In this document: in pieces, positions 32,696-42,119 of the stretch
Position numbering within the stretch: position 1 is the first letter of the stretch
Layout of the letters: each line of letters begins with the position of its first letter
Source of the DNA: an uncultured bacterium
GTDB taxonomy: Bacteria; Desulfobacterota; GWC2-55-46; DRQE01
Length of the DNA stretch: 44,780 nt
Direction of reading: 5' to 3'
Assembly: GCA_965371285.1 (NCBI GenBank)
Contig: CBDUXU010000001.1
Span: 1 to 44,780, forward strand
Made by a program: the position numbers and the translations under genes
The notes under the pieces: generated by a model
What the model was told of the DNA's origin: nothing
What the model saw: only the letters and a program-made list of their open reading frames with translations
Database searches by the model: none

Positions 32696-34426
32696 TTATT
32701 TCCTCTTAAGCCTGGCCTCAATCTCCTTGGCCAGGTCTCCTCTGCCGCTGGATTTCAGCTTTTCGATATGCTCGATGGTTGCAGCCTTAAATTCGCCACT
32801 TGACCTAATCCTGTCTATACAGTCATTTAACATCTGCTCAGGATTTTCAAAAAAACCCTCATCTCCCTCTATAAGGACAGACCCCAAAAAGGCTCTGACC
32901 TCGTTATCACTGGTTTCTTCTAAAAGGGCAGATGAGTCTGTGCCTCCAACCGAGAAAAACCTCTCCAAGGCAGAGGCGGTTTTACTGAAAACGCCATCCC
33001 TGAAGGTGTCTAAAACATCAGCCATATCAGCAGTGTAAAGTTCCGGTTTTTTTATGAGCACTTTTAAAATAGTTGACTGGGCAGTTTTGTTCTTACTAAC
33101 TCCCGCAAGCTTGCCTTTAATTCTACTTGGAGTACTCTTTATATCCCCATCAGTTTGAATTAGAGATTGAATATCCGTTAGCTCTACACCTACAGTTGTA
33201 CTGACCTTAGATGCATAGTGATTTCTTTCGGCGACCTTTTTAATTTTTCTTAAATACTCCAAGGCGGCATCCATGTACTTACCCTTACCTTCGCCGCTTT
33301 TCATATCATAATTTGTCTTTAGATTTTCCAGGCAAAAATCCATAAGTGACGGTGCATTTTTTATAACCTTCTCCATGCCTTCGGCGCCAAATTCTTTCAG
33401 GTAATCATCAGGGTCCATTCCTTTTGGCATGACCACAGCCTTTGCGCTTAAACCAACTTCCAAGAACATTGGCAAAGTACGAACAGCGGCTTTCACTCCC
33501 GCATTGTCTCCGTCAAAAAGAGTATAAATATCTCCGCCAAGGCTCTTAAGCCTTCTTATATGGTCAGCCGTTAGGGCAGTGCCCATTGTGGCAACAACAT
33601 TCTCGAACCCGTTTTTAAAAAGCGCAAGGTGGTCCATGTAACCTTCAACAACAAGAGAGTAGCCCTTCTGACCTATAGCTTGGCGAGCTTGATAATAACC
33701 ATAAAGTGTGTCGCCTTTTTTAAATATATCTGTTTCAGATGAGTTTAAATATTTAGCTCCATTAGAGTCACCATTATCTAAAGACCTTCCACCATAAGCA
33801 ACCACCCTGCCACGAGTATCAGTAATAGGGAACATAACTCTCCCCCGAAAGCGGTCATAGGTACGGACATCTTTTCTCGACAGCAGCCCGGCCTTCTCGC
33901 CATACTCTGCTGTTATATTATTTTTAGAAAGATGATTTGAAATACCGTCCCAACTGTCGGGAGCATAACCTATTTTAAATTTTTCTATTATCTCTTGACT
34001 TAAACCCCTCTTCTCTAAATACTCCCTCGCCTTGCTTCCGCCTGGAGACTCAAGAGAAGAAACAAAATAATCCAGCGCCAAAAGGTTCGCCTTATAAAGG
34101 GGGTCATTCTTGTGAGAAGATTCCCTGCCTCCGCCGGTTTCTTCTATCTTTATGCCATACCTTGCAGCGAGGGTTTTCACAGCCTCTGGGAAAGCCATGT
34201 TTGCGTGTTTCATTAAAAAAGTTATAACAGTGCCTGACTCATGACAGCCGAAACAATAAAAAAGCTGTTTTGATTCGCTCACTGTAAAAGAAGGGGTTTT
34301 CTCTCCGTGGAAGGGACAAAGTCCCAGGTGGTTAGCTCCCTTTTTGGTCAGAGGTACATACTCGCCAATCACTTCTACAATGCTTGCGCGGTCCTTGACC
34401 TGTTCTATTTGTTCTTTTGATATCAT
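32696..34426 (-). CDS. dnaG: DNA primase
   Basis: 576 aa. Zinc finger CPFHGEKTPSFTVS...FYCFGCHESG and Toprim motifs (VVEGYMD, LFDGDNAG). Confidence 0.95.
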   Translation of the reverse strand: MISKEQIEQVKDRASIVEVIGEYVPLTKKGANHLGLCPFHGEKTPSFTVSESKQLFYCFGCHESGTVITFLMKHANMAFPEAVKTLAARYGIKIEETGGGRESSHKNDPLYKANLLALDYFVSSLESPGGSKAREYLEKRGLSQEIIEKFKIGYAPDSWDGISNHLSKNNITAEYGEKAGLLSRKDVRTYDRFRGRVMFPITDTRGRVVAYGGRSLDNGDSNGAKYLNSSETDIFKKGDTLYGYYQARQAIGQKGYSLVVEGYMDHLALFKNGFENVVATMGTALTADHIRRLKSLGGDIYTLFDGDNAGVKAAVRTLPMFLEVGLSAKAVVMPKGMDPDDYLKEFGAEGMEKVIKNAPSLMDFCLENLKTNYDMKSGEGKGKYMDAALEYLRKIKKVAERNHYASKVSTTVGVELTDIQSLIQTDGDIKSTPSRIKGKLAGVSKNKTAQSTILKVLIKKPELYTADMADVLDTFRDGVFSKTASALERFFSVGGTDSSALLEETSDNEVRAFLGSVLIEGDEGFFENPEQMLNDCIDRIRSSGEFKAATIEHIEKLKSSGRGDLAKEIEARLKRK

Positions 34427-34450
34427 AATGGTTGTTCTTTCAAAATAGAG

Positions 34451-36778
34451 TTACAGCTCTACTACTGTAACCCCGGCCCCGGAGCTGCCTTCGCCTCTGT
34501 AGTAGTTTTTCACAATTTTATTTTTCTTAAGAGATGCTGCCACAGCCTTAGCAAGAGCCCCTGTGCCTATGCCGTGTATAACTTCAACCTTTTCCACGCC
34601 ATTCATGTGGGCATCATCCAAAACTTTATCCATTGCCGGAAGGGCCTCATCAACTCTCAAACCAATTATATTTACTTCGCGAGTAGGTTCAACAGATTCT
34701 ACTTGATAAGTGGGCTTTGAAACAGGAACTCTCTCTTTAGCATTTTCTGATAGAGTTAGATTTTTAAACTTAGCTGTGACTTTCTTACCGCTTATTAAAA
34801 CCTCTGCAGTTTTTTTGTCATTATTTAAGGACAAAACCTCTCCCCTACTTGTTCCGACTTTAACAAAATCCCCTACCTTTGGATTATATGGCTTTTCTTC
34901 CCCAAAAATCCGGTCTAACTTAGAAGCCGTCTCGGCTAGGTCAGTCTCTGCCTTCCCCTTTAATATTTCTTCAGCTTTTGCCTTGCGCGCCTCGCTTATT
35001 ATGCCCTTTAGCTTATCTTCAGCCTCTTTTAATATTTTGGCTGTCTTCTTTTGAGCCTCTTTGAGCATAGACTCACGACCACTTCGAAGTCTCTCCAGGG
35101 CGGCGTTTCTGTTTTTTTCTACCTCTTCTAATCTGATTTGAGTCTCCCTTAGCTCTCGCCTTTGTTTGTCTAACTCTCTTACGCTTTCTACAAACTCACT
35201 TGATTCACCGCCGCCATCTAGCTTGGCTCTTGCCTTATTTATGATATGAGCCGGAATTCCATACATTGAAGCAACGCTGAGACCCATACTTTCCCCTGGC
35301 AAGTCATAAACAAGCCTATAAAAAGGTTTCATTGTTTTCTCATCAAACTCTACTGATACATTTTTAAAACCCTTACCTAGTTGGGCCCTGGTTTTTAAAA
35401 TATTTGCATGAGTTGTAACTGCCACATGTACTCCGCGGGAGCTAAGCTCCTCTAATATGACAAGAGAGAGAACCCCTCCCTCAACAGGGTCCGTGCCAAC
35501 ACCAATTTCATCAACAAGAACAAGACTCTTCTTATCTGCCCCGTCCAGTATTTCTCCGAGCCTTTTAAGGTGAGCAGAAAATGTAGAAAGATTTTCCGTT
35601 AGATTCTGGCTGTCACCTATGTCGGTGAAAACTTTTTCAAAAATAATAAACTCACTATCACTGTCTGCGCTTACGGGAATGCTTGATGCAGCCATCAGAG
35701 TCAGGAGCCCCAGGGTTTTAAGTGCCACCGTTTTGCCCCCCGTGTTGGCTCCGGAGATGACCAATACTTTCTCGCCGCTGGAGATTTTAATATCTACCGG
35801 CACAGCATCAACATCGTCCTTTAATACCAGCTCAGGATGGCGAGCGTTTTTAATATTTATATCGCCGCCTACATCATCTGTAACAGCAGGAATAGAGGCT
35901 CCAATGGAAAGACCGAACTTTGCCTTTGCCTGTATAATATCCACTGACCCCACAGTATAAATATCTGTTATTAAATCTGAACTTCTTTCTATAATGGAGC
36001 TGGTTAAACCTCTTAAAACATTTTCTTCTTCTATTTTTTCGTCTTTTTTCAAAATAGAGAGAGAGTTGTTAAGTTCTACAATCTCATAGGGCTCTAAAAA
36101 ATATGTTAGACCTGTTGAAGATTTTCCGTGCATAACACCAGGTATCTTGGAATGAAACTCTGCTTTAACAATAAGTACAAAACGGTCTTCCCTGAGAGTA
36201 AATATATCGTCTTGAAAATACCCTTCATACTTCTTGTCATTTATCATCGAATCGAGCTTAGACCTTACTTTTGTCTTAAAACCCCTGAGGTTCTTCCTTA
36301 TATCAAAGAGCTCATAAGATGCGTCATCGGTGATTTCTCCCTTTTCATCAATAGAAGTTGTAAGCTGGCCCAAGAGCTGCTTATAATTTGAAATGGAATT
36401 AATATAGCTGTAAAGTTTTGGATATACTGTAGAAAAATTTTCTCTTGCTAAGCCCTTGATGATTGCAAGAGATTCTAAGGTAGAGCGGACTTTAATAATC
36501 TGCGGTATAGTCAGGTAAGAACCCTTAGGAATGTTCGCGCTAACGGTTTCCCTAATATCCTCTACTCCGCCAAGAGGCAAACTCATGCCTTCACTAAAGA
36601 GCCTTAAGGCTTCCCCTACTTCCAGGTACCCCTCATTAATTTCTCTTATATCAGTTTTAGGTGTTATTGAAACTGCCGCGGAGGAACCCATAGCAGTATA
36701 AGTGTGGCTACTGAGTGAGGACCTTATAAAATCAAAGCCCAATGAATCTAAAAGAAAATCTGAATTGCTACTATCCAT
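34451..36778 (-). CDS. mutS2: Endonuclease MutS2 (MutS ATPase plus C-terminal Smr domain)
   Basis: 775 aa. Walker A ISGANTGGKTVALKTLG, LVDEIGVGTDP, a central coiled coil, and an Smr-like end (VNIIGLRVDEALPAMDKVLDDA...VEVIHGIGTGAL). Confidence 0.93.
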   Translation of the reverse strand: MDSSNSDFLLDSLGFDFIRSSLSSHTYTAMGSSAAVSITPKTDIREINEGYLEVGEALRLFSEGMSLPLGGVEDIRETVSANIPKGSYLTIPQIIKVRSTLESLAIIKGLARENFSTVYPKLYSYINSISNYKQLLGQLTTSIDEKGEITDDASYELFDIRKNLRGFKTKVRSKLDSMINDKKYEGYFQDDIFTLREDRFVLIVKAEFHSKIPGVMHGKSSTGLTYFLEPYEIVELNNSLSILKKDEKIEEENVLRGLTSSIIERSSDLITDIYTVGSVDIIQAKAKFGLSIGASIPAVTDDVGGDINIKNARHPELVLKDDVDAVPVDIKISSGEKVLVISGANTGGKTVALKTLGLLTLMAASSIPVSADSDSEFIIFEKVFTDIGDSQNLTENLSTFSAHLKRLGEILDGADKKSLVLVDEIGVGTDPVEGGVLSLVILEELSSRGVHVAVTTHANILKTRAQLGKGFKNVSVEFDEKTMKPFYRLVYDLPGESMGLSVASMYGIPAHIINKARAKLDGGGESSEFVESVRELDKQRRELRETQIRLEEVEKNRNAALERLRSGRESMLKEAQKKTAKILKEAEDKLKGIISEARKAKAEEILKGKAETDLAETASKLDRIFGEEKPYNPKVGDFVKVGTSRGEVLSLNNDKKTAEVLISGKKVTAKFKNLTLSENAKERVPVSKPTYQVESVEPTREVNIIGLRVDEALPAMDKVLDDAHMNGVEKVEVIHGIGTGALAKAVAASLKKNKIVKNYYRGEGSSGAGVTVVEL

Positions 36779-36817
36779 AAAATCTTTGCCCTAACAAAAT
36801 AACTAACCTGCAATAAA

Positions 36818-37264
36818 TTATGCAGATAAAACTTCCTTCACAATATTGTTAACTACCTTACCATCTGCCTTGCCCTTAAGTTTTGCCATAGATGCTTTCA
36901 TGAGAGTACCCATATCTTTCATCTCTTTTAGACCAAGCTCCGTAGCTGTCTCTTCTATAATCTTTTTGACTTCCTCGCCTGAGAGCTGCTCCGGCATATA
37001 CTCCATAAGAATTTCTATCTCGCTGGTTTCTTTAGATGCAAGGTCGTCCCTGCCGCCCTTGGTGTACTGCTCTACGGAGTCTTTCCTCTGCTTAATCATA
37101 GTGGTGATTGCCTGGAGAATCTCCTCGTCATTAGGCTCTCTTTTTAAATCTTTTTCTTTATATTTCATGGCAGAGAGAAGCATTCTAAGGGTTGAAACTT
37201 TAAGTTTTTCACCGCTTTTCATTGCAACTTTTACATCACCGGAAATAGTATCTTTTAAAGACAT
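36818..37264 (-). CDS. GatB/YqeY domain protein
   Basis: 148 aa. ...AMKSGEKLKVSTLRMLLSAMKYKEKD..., ...QRKDSVEQYTKGGRDDLASKE..., and GKADGKVVNNIVKEVL at the C-terminus. Typical YqeY. Confidence 0.85.
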   Translation of the reverse strand: MSLKDTISGDVKVAMKSGEKLKVSTLRMLLSAMKYKEKDLKREPNDEEILQAITTMIKQRKDSVEQYTKGGRDDLASKETSEIEILMEYMPEQLSGEEVKKIIEETATELGLKEMKDMGTLMKASMAKLKGKADGKVVNNIVKEVLSA

Positions 37265-37365
37265 AACATATCACTCCATAGTTAGGTTTTTGTTAACAAC
37301 AAGGTTATTATAAATTGGGAAAGTAATTTTAAAAAAGATTAGAAAGGGCAATATTTAAGCACCAC

Positions 37366-37378
37366 GAGCCTTAGGCTC
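37366..37378. repeat. Short palindrome GAGCC-TTA-GGCTC whose loop is the mglA stop codon
   Basis: Read directly. 5-bp arms, with the loop formed by the reverse complement of the TAA stop (37371-37373). Confidence 0.5.
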
Positions 37379-37958
37379 CTTTTTTAAGTTCTGCAAGAAC
37401 AAGCTTTACGACACCCTTTAAGGTTTCAAAAACTCCTTCACCTGATGGTGCAGTTGCTTCAAACTCTGTCAATCCGTCGGGGTTAAGAGCCGCCCTTAGG
37501 TCTTCTACCGGCACGGCGCTTGGAAGGTCGCGCTTATTATACTGTATAACATAAGGAATTTTATTGAGCTCCAGCCCGTGCTCCTGGAGGTTTAATTTCA
37601 TGTTATCAAAACTCTCCATGTTGGCATCCATTCTTTCTGCCTGAGAATCAGCAACAAAAACGATGCCATCAACACCTTTTAGAATAAGCTTACGGGAAGC
37701 ATCATAAAATATCTGGCCCGGGACAGTGTATAGATGGAACCTTGTTTTAAATCCCTTGATCTCTCCAAGGGAAAGAGGCAAGAAATCAAAGAAAAGTGTT
37801 CTCTCCGTCTCTGTTGCAAGGGAGATCATCTTACCCTTTGTGTCGGGATTAGTTTTTTCATAGATAAACTGAAGATTTGTAGTTTTACCACAAAGCCCAG
37901 GGCCGTAGTAAACTATCTTACAGTTAATCTCTCTTGCTGAATAATTGATAAAAGACAT
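37371..37958 (-). CDS. mglA: Ras-like polarity/motility GTPase MglA
   Basis: 195 aa. [33 protein letters not shown]...[50 protein letters not shown] is near-identical, from memory, to Myxococcus xanthus MglA. Confidence 0.93.
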   Translation of the reverse strand: MSFINYSAREINCKIVYYGPGLCGKTTNLQFIYEKTNPDTKGKMISLATETERTLFFDFLPLSLGEIKGFKTRFHLYTVPGQIFYDASRKLILKGVDGIVFVADSQAERMDANMESFDNMKLNLQEHGLELNKIPYVIQYNKRDLPSAVPVEDLRAALNPDGLTEFEATAPSGEGVFETLKGVVKLVLAELKKGA

Positions 37959-37998
37959 ATTCTTTTAATTTTCCACTTAAATTAATTTTCCAACGTGA

Positions 37999-38034
37999 CA
38001 GCATGACGCTGATGCTGGACTCGATTAAAAACAT
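37999..38034 (-). repeat. Inverted-orientation repeat family member (CAGCAT-N7-ATGCTG plus GCTGGACTCGATTAAAAACAT)
   Basis: Aligns with 30343-30380. Located in the mglB-mglA spacer. Confidence 0.65.
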
Positions 38035-38101
38035 ATTCTATTGTTCAAAATCAACTACGACTAAATACCGTAAATTCGGTAGGGCACAGCGTGCTACGCT
38101 G

Positions 38102-38132
38102 GGAGCGTGACGCGTAGCAATCATTGCTCCAC
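38102..38132 (+). repeat. 31-nt segment identical to 5024-5054 (GGAGCGTGACGCGTAGCAATCATTGCTCCAC)
   Basis: A base-by-base comparison of the two sites gives 31/31 identity. Contains the sub-palindromes GCGT-G-ACGC and AGCAAT-C-ATTGCT. Confidence 0.9.
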
Positions 38133-38207
38133 TCTATTGCAGATACAAAACCTTATAACAAACTAACATTCACTAAATCAATAACACCAAATCTGACTAC
38201 ATTCGGT

Positions 38208-38222
38208 CAAGCTGGAAGCTTG
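38208..38222. repeat. Palindrome CAAGCT-GGA-AGCTTG abutting the mglB stop codon
   Basis: 6-bp arms. The next base begins the reverse complement of the TAG stop (38223-38225). Confidence 0.6.
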
Positions 38223-38705
38223 CTATTGAAATAGACTGTCTATGTCGTCGTCTGTAATTTCTTCGAGCAGAATGTCTTCGCTTTGGTCTGTTTCCATTTT
38301 CATTAAAATTTTCTTTACTACTTCTTCAAGCTCCGAAGTACTCTTTTTAACTCTAAGCCTAACGAGACCAAGAGAAGATCTTTCATCAAAGATGACAACA
38401 AGGATTACACGCTGGTCCACGATGGAGATATGGATATTATCCTTTTCTCCTTCGTGGAATAAAATTGAAAATTCTTTTTCTCCGATGAGTTTAGCAAGAC
38501 CGCCGGTCGCTGCAATATTGCCTGCAGTCAAGGATGCCAGAGAGGTTGTGTCTATACCTTCTGTCTCGCCTGTCTGAGATATTAATTGTCCGTCTTTATC
38601 TACTAGAAATACGCACTTACCATTTGTCTCCTTTAGGAGCTTAGCGATAATCGCATCAATCTCGTTGGATTCCTCTTCAAACATTACTAATGAGCTTCTA
38701 GCCAT
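38223..38705 (-). CDS. mglB: Roadblock/LC7-domain protein MglB (MglA GAP)
   Basis: 160 aa with a Roadblock-like core (VFLVDKDGQLISQTG...TSLASLTAGNIAATGGLAKLIGE..F..LFHEGEKDNIHIS) and an acidic C-terminal tail. Upstream of mglA. Confidence 0.8.
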   Translation of the reverse strand: MARSSLVMFEEESNEIDAIIAKLLKETNGKCVFLVDKDGQLISQTGETEGIDTTSLASLTAGNIAATGGLAKLIGEKEFSILFHEGEKDNIHISIVDQRVILVVIFDERSSLGLVRLRVKKSTSELEEVVKKILMKMETDQSEDILLEEITDDDIDSLFQ

Positions 38706-38767
38706 TTCAAATCCCCTCTAAAAGTGTAACTATTGACCTACTGTATAAGAAACCAACCATAAAAGGT

Positions 38768-38788
38768 AGCTCTTTTAAAAAGAGAGCT
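38768..38788 (-). terminator. Putative intrinsic terminator after the OFOR operon
   Basis: The minus strand reads AGCTCTCTTTTTAAAAGAGCT (6+2 bp stem) followed by ACCTTTTATGG. About 20 nt after the stop of 38810..39019. Confidence 0.4.
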
Positions 38789-38809
38789 CCAGATATTAAA
38801 AAGATTAAA

Positions 38810-39019
38810 TTAGTGTTTCTGAATCATTGTTGCAGCTAACTCTTTACTGCATACTTCTACGCATAACTCACAACCCTTGCATCTGTCCTCAACAACAACT
38901 GCTTTCTTTGTAATAGGGTCAAAAAGAATTGTGTCTGGCTCTGGGCAAAACATTATGCACAGCCTACAACCTTTTTCAGCGGTACATTTATCTGCATCTA
39001 TAATAGCAATTGAATACAT
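38810..39019 (-). CDS. Small 2x[4Fe-4S] ferredoxin-type subunit of 2-oxoacid:ferredoxin oxidoreductase
   Basis: 69 aa with two Cys clusters (C..EKGCRLCIMFCP and CKGCELCVEVC). Last gene of the OFOR operon. Confidence 0.8.
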   Translation of the reverse strand: MYSIAIIDADKCTAEKGCRLCIMFCPEPDTILFDPITKKAVVVEDRCKGCELCVEVCSKELAATMIQKH

Positions 39020-39117
39020 CGTATCTCCTAACTATATATAATATATCGTTCATTTTTTATTTTTCTTTAATAAAAACAGCCACAGGGCACAAACTCGCCC
39101 CTCAAGTAAAAGCAAAC

Positions 39118-39801
39118 TTAGGCTAACATATCTCCGGCATTATCCTTAGCCCATTTAGCCCCTACCTCATATGCAGCTTTAACGGTTTCCATGTTCTTTT
39201 CAAGAAGCTGAGACTTCTTTGCAAACTTCTTTTTAATCGCCTCATCAAGTGTTGCAGTACCGCCGGATGCAACATATTTCTTGCCAAAACGGTCATTTAG
39301 AGCGTACTCAAAAGACTCCATGGTTACTATGTTTGTAGCACCGATTAAAAGCCCTAACATTCCCATGTTAGATGCCAGCTCTGTTCCGGCAATCTCTACA
39401 GCCATCTCTGTTGCATCAAAGTTTAACACTTTAACATTTTTATCATCAAGCCTTTTTTTATCAGCCTCTGTAAGCAGATTCTCATTAGAGTTGATAATAA
39501 CAAACCCGTCATCCTTAAGGCCGTCATAAAAAGGCATTGTATAACTTTTGCCCATGGTAATAACCTGAGGATGGAAAATCATGATAATGTCGGGATAAAC
39601 AAGTTCTCCCCTGTCATAGATTACCTCGGAGCTGATTCTAGCATAACTCTCAGAAGGTGCCATTCTTTTTTCTGCGCCAAAGAAGGGGTTAGAAATTGCC
39701 TCCTTACCATCCTTCGATGCGGCAGTTGCTATGACATGGGCAGAGGTAACAACACCTTGCCCGCCAAGCCCGGACATACGAATATTAATACGATCTCTCA
39801 T
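39118..39801 (-). CDS. 2-oxoacid:ferredoxin oxidoreductase gamma subunit
   Basis: 227 aa. INIRMSGLGGQGVVTSAHVIA...FFGAEKRMAPSESYARIS is the gamma-subunit signature. Confidence 0.9.
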   Translation of the reverse strand: MRDRINIRMSGLGGQGVVTSAHVIATAASKDGKEAISNPFFGAEKRMAPSESYARISSEVIYDRGELVYPDIIMIFHPQVITMGKSYTMPFYDGLKDDGFVIINSNENLLTEADKKRLDDKNVKVLNFDATEMAVEIAGTELASNMGMLGLLIGATNIVTMESFEYALNDRFGKKYVASGGTATLDEAIKKKFAKKSQLLEKNMETVKAAYEVGAKWAKDNAGDMLA

Positions 39802-39843
39802 AACTTTAAAATACTCCTTATTATATTATCTACTATATACTGC

Positions 39844-40752
39844 CTACTCTTTAGCTGCTGCGGCTGCTTCTTTTTTAGCTTTTTTTCTTGCCTTAGCAGC
39901 AGCTTCTATTTTTTCTATATGAGCCTTGGCTTCGTCGTTCATATATTCAAAGAACTCAAACCTCTCGCCCTTGACCTCACAATCTTTCATCTCCTGAAGA
40001 CCTTCCATACTCTGTTTTCCAATCTCTAGAATACATGGAGTATAGATTTGAACATATGTAGGACCGATTTCACGGGCAACATATATAGCTCTTCTGATAA
40101 CCTTCTCTACGACAGCAGGCTTACTTGCAGTAAGCTTTGCAACATAATGACAGCCTGAATCAATTGCAAGCCTAGGCATGTCAACCTTGTCGAACTGTTT
40201 ACCTTTAGGGGCCATCTTACCGACAAAACCCTTCTGCATAAGTCCGCTCTCCTGACCACCTGTGTTTGCATAAAGCTCATTGTCAAAACAGATTGTTGTA
40301 AACATCTCCTGCCTAAACCAACTCTGCAAGGTCATGTCCAGCCCGATATCAACTGTAGCACCGTCGCCGGCTAGAACAACAACATCCTTTACGACATCAG
40401 GATATCTGATTGCAAGTGCTCTTTGAAGACCTGATGCAATTGCATTTTGGTTTCCAAAAAGTGAGTGAATGTTATGGATAGCAATATGAGGAAACACAAG
40501 ACTTGTGCAACCTGTGGAGCCTACCATAACAGTGTTTTCCGGATTTGGCATTGAAGCTAAAATCTCGCGAAAGGCTGTACTCTCGGGACAACCGGCACAA
40601 AGTGAATGTTCTTCAATAAGCTCCTTTGCCTCTCCCATGTCTCTCCAACCACGATCTTCATTACCATATGATGCTTTATCAACTAAATCAATGTACTCAA
40701 CGGGCATTATATCCCTGAACTCTGTATTTATTTTTATAACTTCTTTAGACAT
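39844..40752 (-). CDS. 2-oxoacid:ferredoxin oxidoreductase beta (TPP-binding) subunit with a Lys/Ala-rich C-terminal tail
   Basis: 302 aa. CAGCPES, GSTGCTS, and the TPP motif GDGATVDIG...NELYANTGGQ. The tail reads IEAAAKARKKAKKEAAAAAKE. Confidence 0.9.
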   Translation of the reverse strand: MSKEVIKINTEFRDIMPVEYIDLVDKASYGNEDRGWRDMGEAKELIEEHSLCAGCPESTAFREILASMPNPENTVMVGSTGCTSLVFPHIAIHNIHSLFGNQNAIASGLQRALAIRYPDVVKDVVVLAGDGATVDIGLDMTLQSWFRQEMFTTICFDNELYANTGGQESGLMQKGFVGKMAPKGKQFDKVDMPRLAIDSGCHYVAKLTASKPAVVEKVIRRAIYVAREIGPTYVQIYTPCILEIGKQSMEGLQEMKDCEVKGERFEFFEYMNDEAKAHIEKIEAAAKARKKAKKEAAAAAKE

Positions 40753-41950
40753 TTGCGGCCTCCCCTCTTAGGGCTAATGTTTTCTTTATTTCTTCAGCAA
40801 GAACCTCCGGAGGCATGGTCATTCCACCTGCCACATGAGGTCCTGCTACAACTCTTTCATTTCTATCTATTACTGATTTAATCTCTCTGGCCATCCATCC
40901 TGCAACATTAAACTCAGGAACAAATATATGTTTAGCCTTTGAGAGTGCTTTTCTGATTTCATCTTTAGGGAAAGGCCTGATTGTCTTAATCTTAACAAGA
41001 CCAACCTTGATGCCTTCACTCTTAAGAAGTCTTATTGCCTCGCGACCTTGTGAAACAGCAGTACCGGAAGACACTATTAGAATATCTGCGTCTTCGTTCT
41101 CTGTCTCAATTAGACCGCCAATAAGTTTTGCTGTTAGTGGCTTACTTCTTTCGCAAGCCGCCTTAACCTCCTGCTGCCACGAAGCCTGTGTAGCATAACT
41201 AATGTAGTTAGACTTCATAACGAATGGATCCCTCATCATACGAACAGGTGGGGTTTCCATATCCATAACAGGTACAGGTGACCTGTACGGGTCGTACCCA
41301 GGAATTGAATAATCCGGCGATGGAAGACTTACCATCTCTTTAGTATGACTAACAAAGAAGCCGTCAATACATACTGATATTGGAAGATGAACTGCCGGAT
41401 CTTCTGCGACTATGAAAGATTTTAAAAGAAAATCAAAAAGCTCCTGGGCAGTTTCAGCATGCCAAATAAGCATACCCGTCTCCAGAATCATTCCAATCTC
41501 AAGTGTGTCCGGCTGAATGGTAAGAGGAGCGTTTACGCCTCTAACCATCATGTTTAAAATGATTGGTAACCTTGAACCTGCCCACATGGGGAAGTTCTCA
41601 TAAGCCCTTAGAGTACCGGGACCAGAGGTAGTTGTAAAAACCCTTGCTCCGCCAAGTGCCGCTCCTGCGCACTCACTCATAACAGCAAATTCGTTTTCGC
41701 CTCTAAAGTAACCTCTAACATATCCCTCTTTCCAAAGTTCACCAACAAGATGAGCGGCCTCACTTTGCGGCGTAATTGGATAGGAAATACTCATATCAAC
41801 ATTAGCTCTTTTAATTGCTTCTTTAACAATCTCCGAACCAGTCATGAAATGGTCTTCTCTTGGAACTTCATTAAAGAACTCTTCAATATCAACAATCTTT
41901 TGCCCCATCTCTGTGGTGGCGCCTAAAGTACATTTATCTTTTTCTGACAT
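40745..41950 (-). CDS. 2-oxoacid:ferredoxin oxidoreductase alpha subunit
   Basis: 401 aa. MTGSEIVKEAIKRANVDMSISYPITPQSE..., ...GGARVFTTTSGPG.... 8-nt overlap with the beta subunit gene. Confidence 0.9.
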   Translation of the reverse strand: MSEKDKCTLGATTEMGQKIVDIEEFFNEVPREDHFMTGSEIVKEAIKRANVDMSISYPITPQSEAAHLVGELWKEGYVRGYFRGENEFAVMSECAGAALGGARVFTTTSGPGTLRAYENFPMWAGSRLPIILNMMVRGVNAPLTIQPDTLEIGMILETGMLIWHAETAQELFDFLLKSFIVAEDPAVHLPISVCIDGFFVSHTKEMVSLPSPDYSIPGYDPYRSPVPVMDMETPPVRMMRDPFVMKSNYISYATQASWQQEVKAACERSKPLTAKLIGGLIETENEDADILIVSSGTAVSQGREAIRLLKSEGIKVGLVKIKTIRPFPKDEIRKALSKAKHIFVPEFNVAGWMAREIKSVIDRNERVVAGPHVAGGMTMPPEVLAEEIKKTLALRGEAANV

Positions 41951-42119
41951 TTTTTCACCTCTATATATTTATAATAATTCTTATGGATGTTAAATCAACT
42001 AACTACTCACTTTAACGCCCTATATTATCTTAACTTATACTACCTGTCTAAGCAGGGACAGACCACTATTTAAATTACATTATATTTTTGACATTTAAAA
42101 TGGGTCAGTCCCTAGCAAA

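Noticed and set aside
36846-37313. 155-aa plus-strand ORF covering all of yqeY. Similar long antisense ORFs occur at 23354..23770, 26743..27225, 10634..11083 and 39571..40029.
   Set aside because: These are shadow ORFs opposite well-supported genes. They are Ser/Leu/Phe/Ile-rich with no recognisable motifs or RBS. This is typical of the antisense frame of AT-rich coding DNA.
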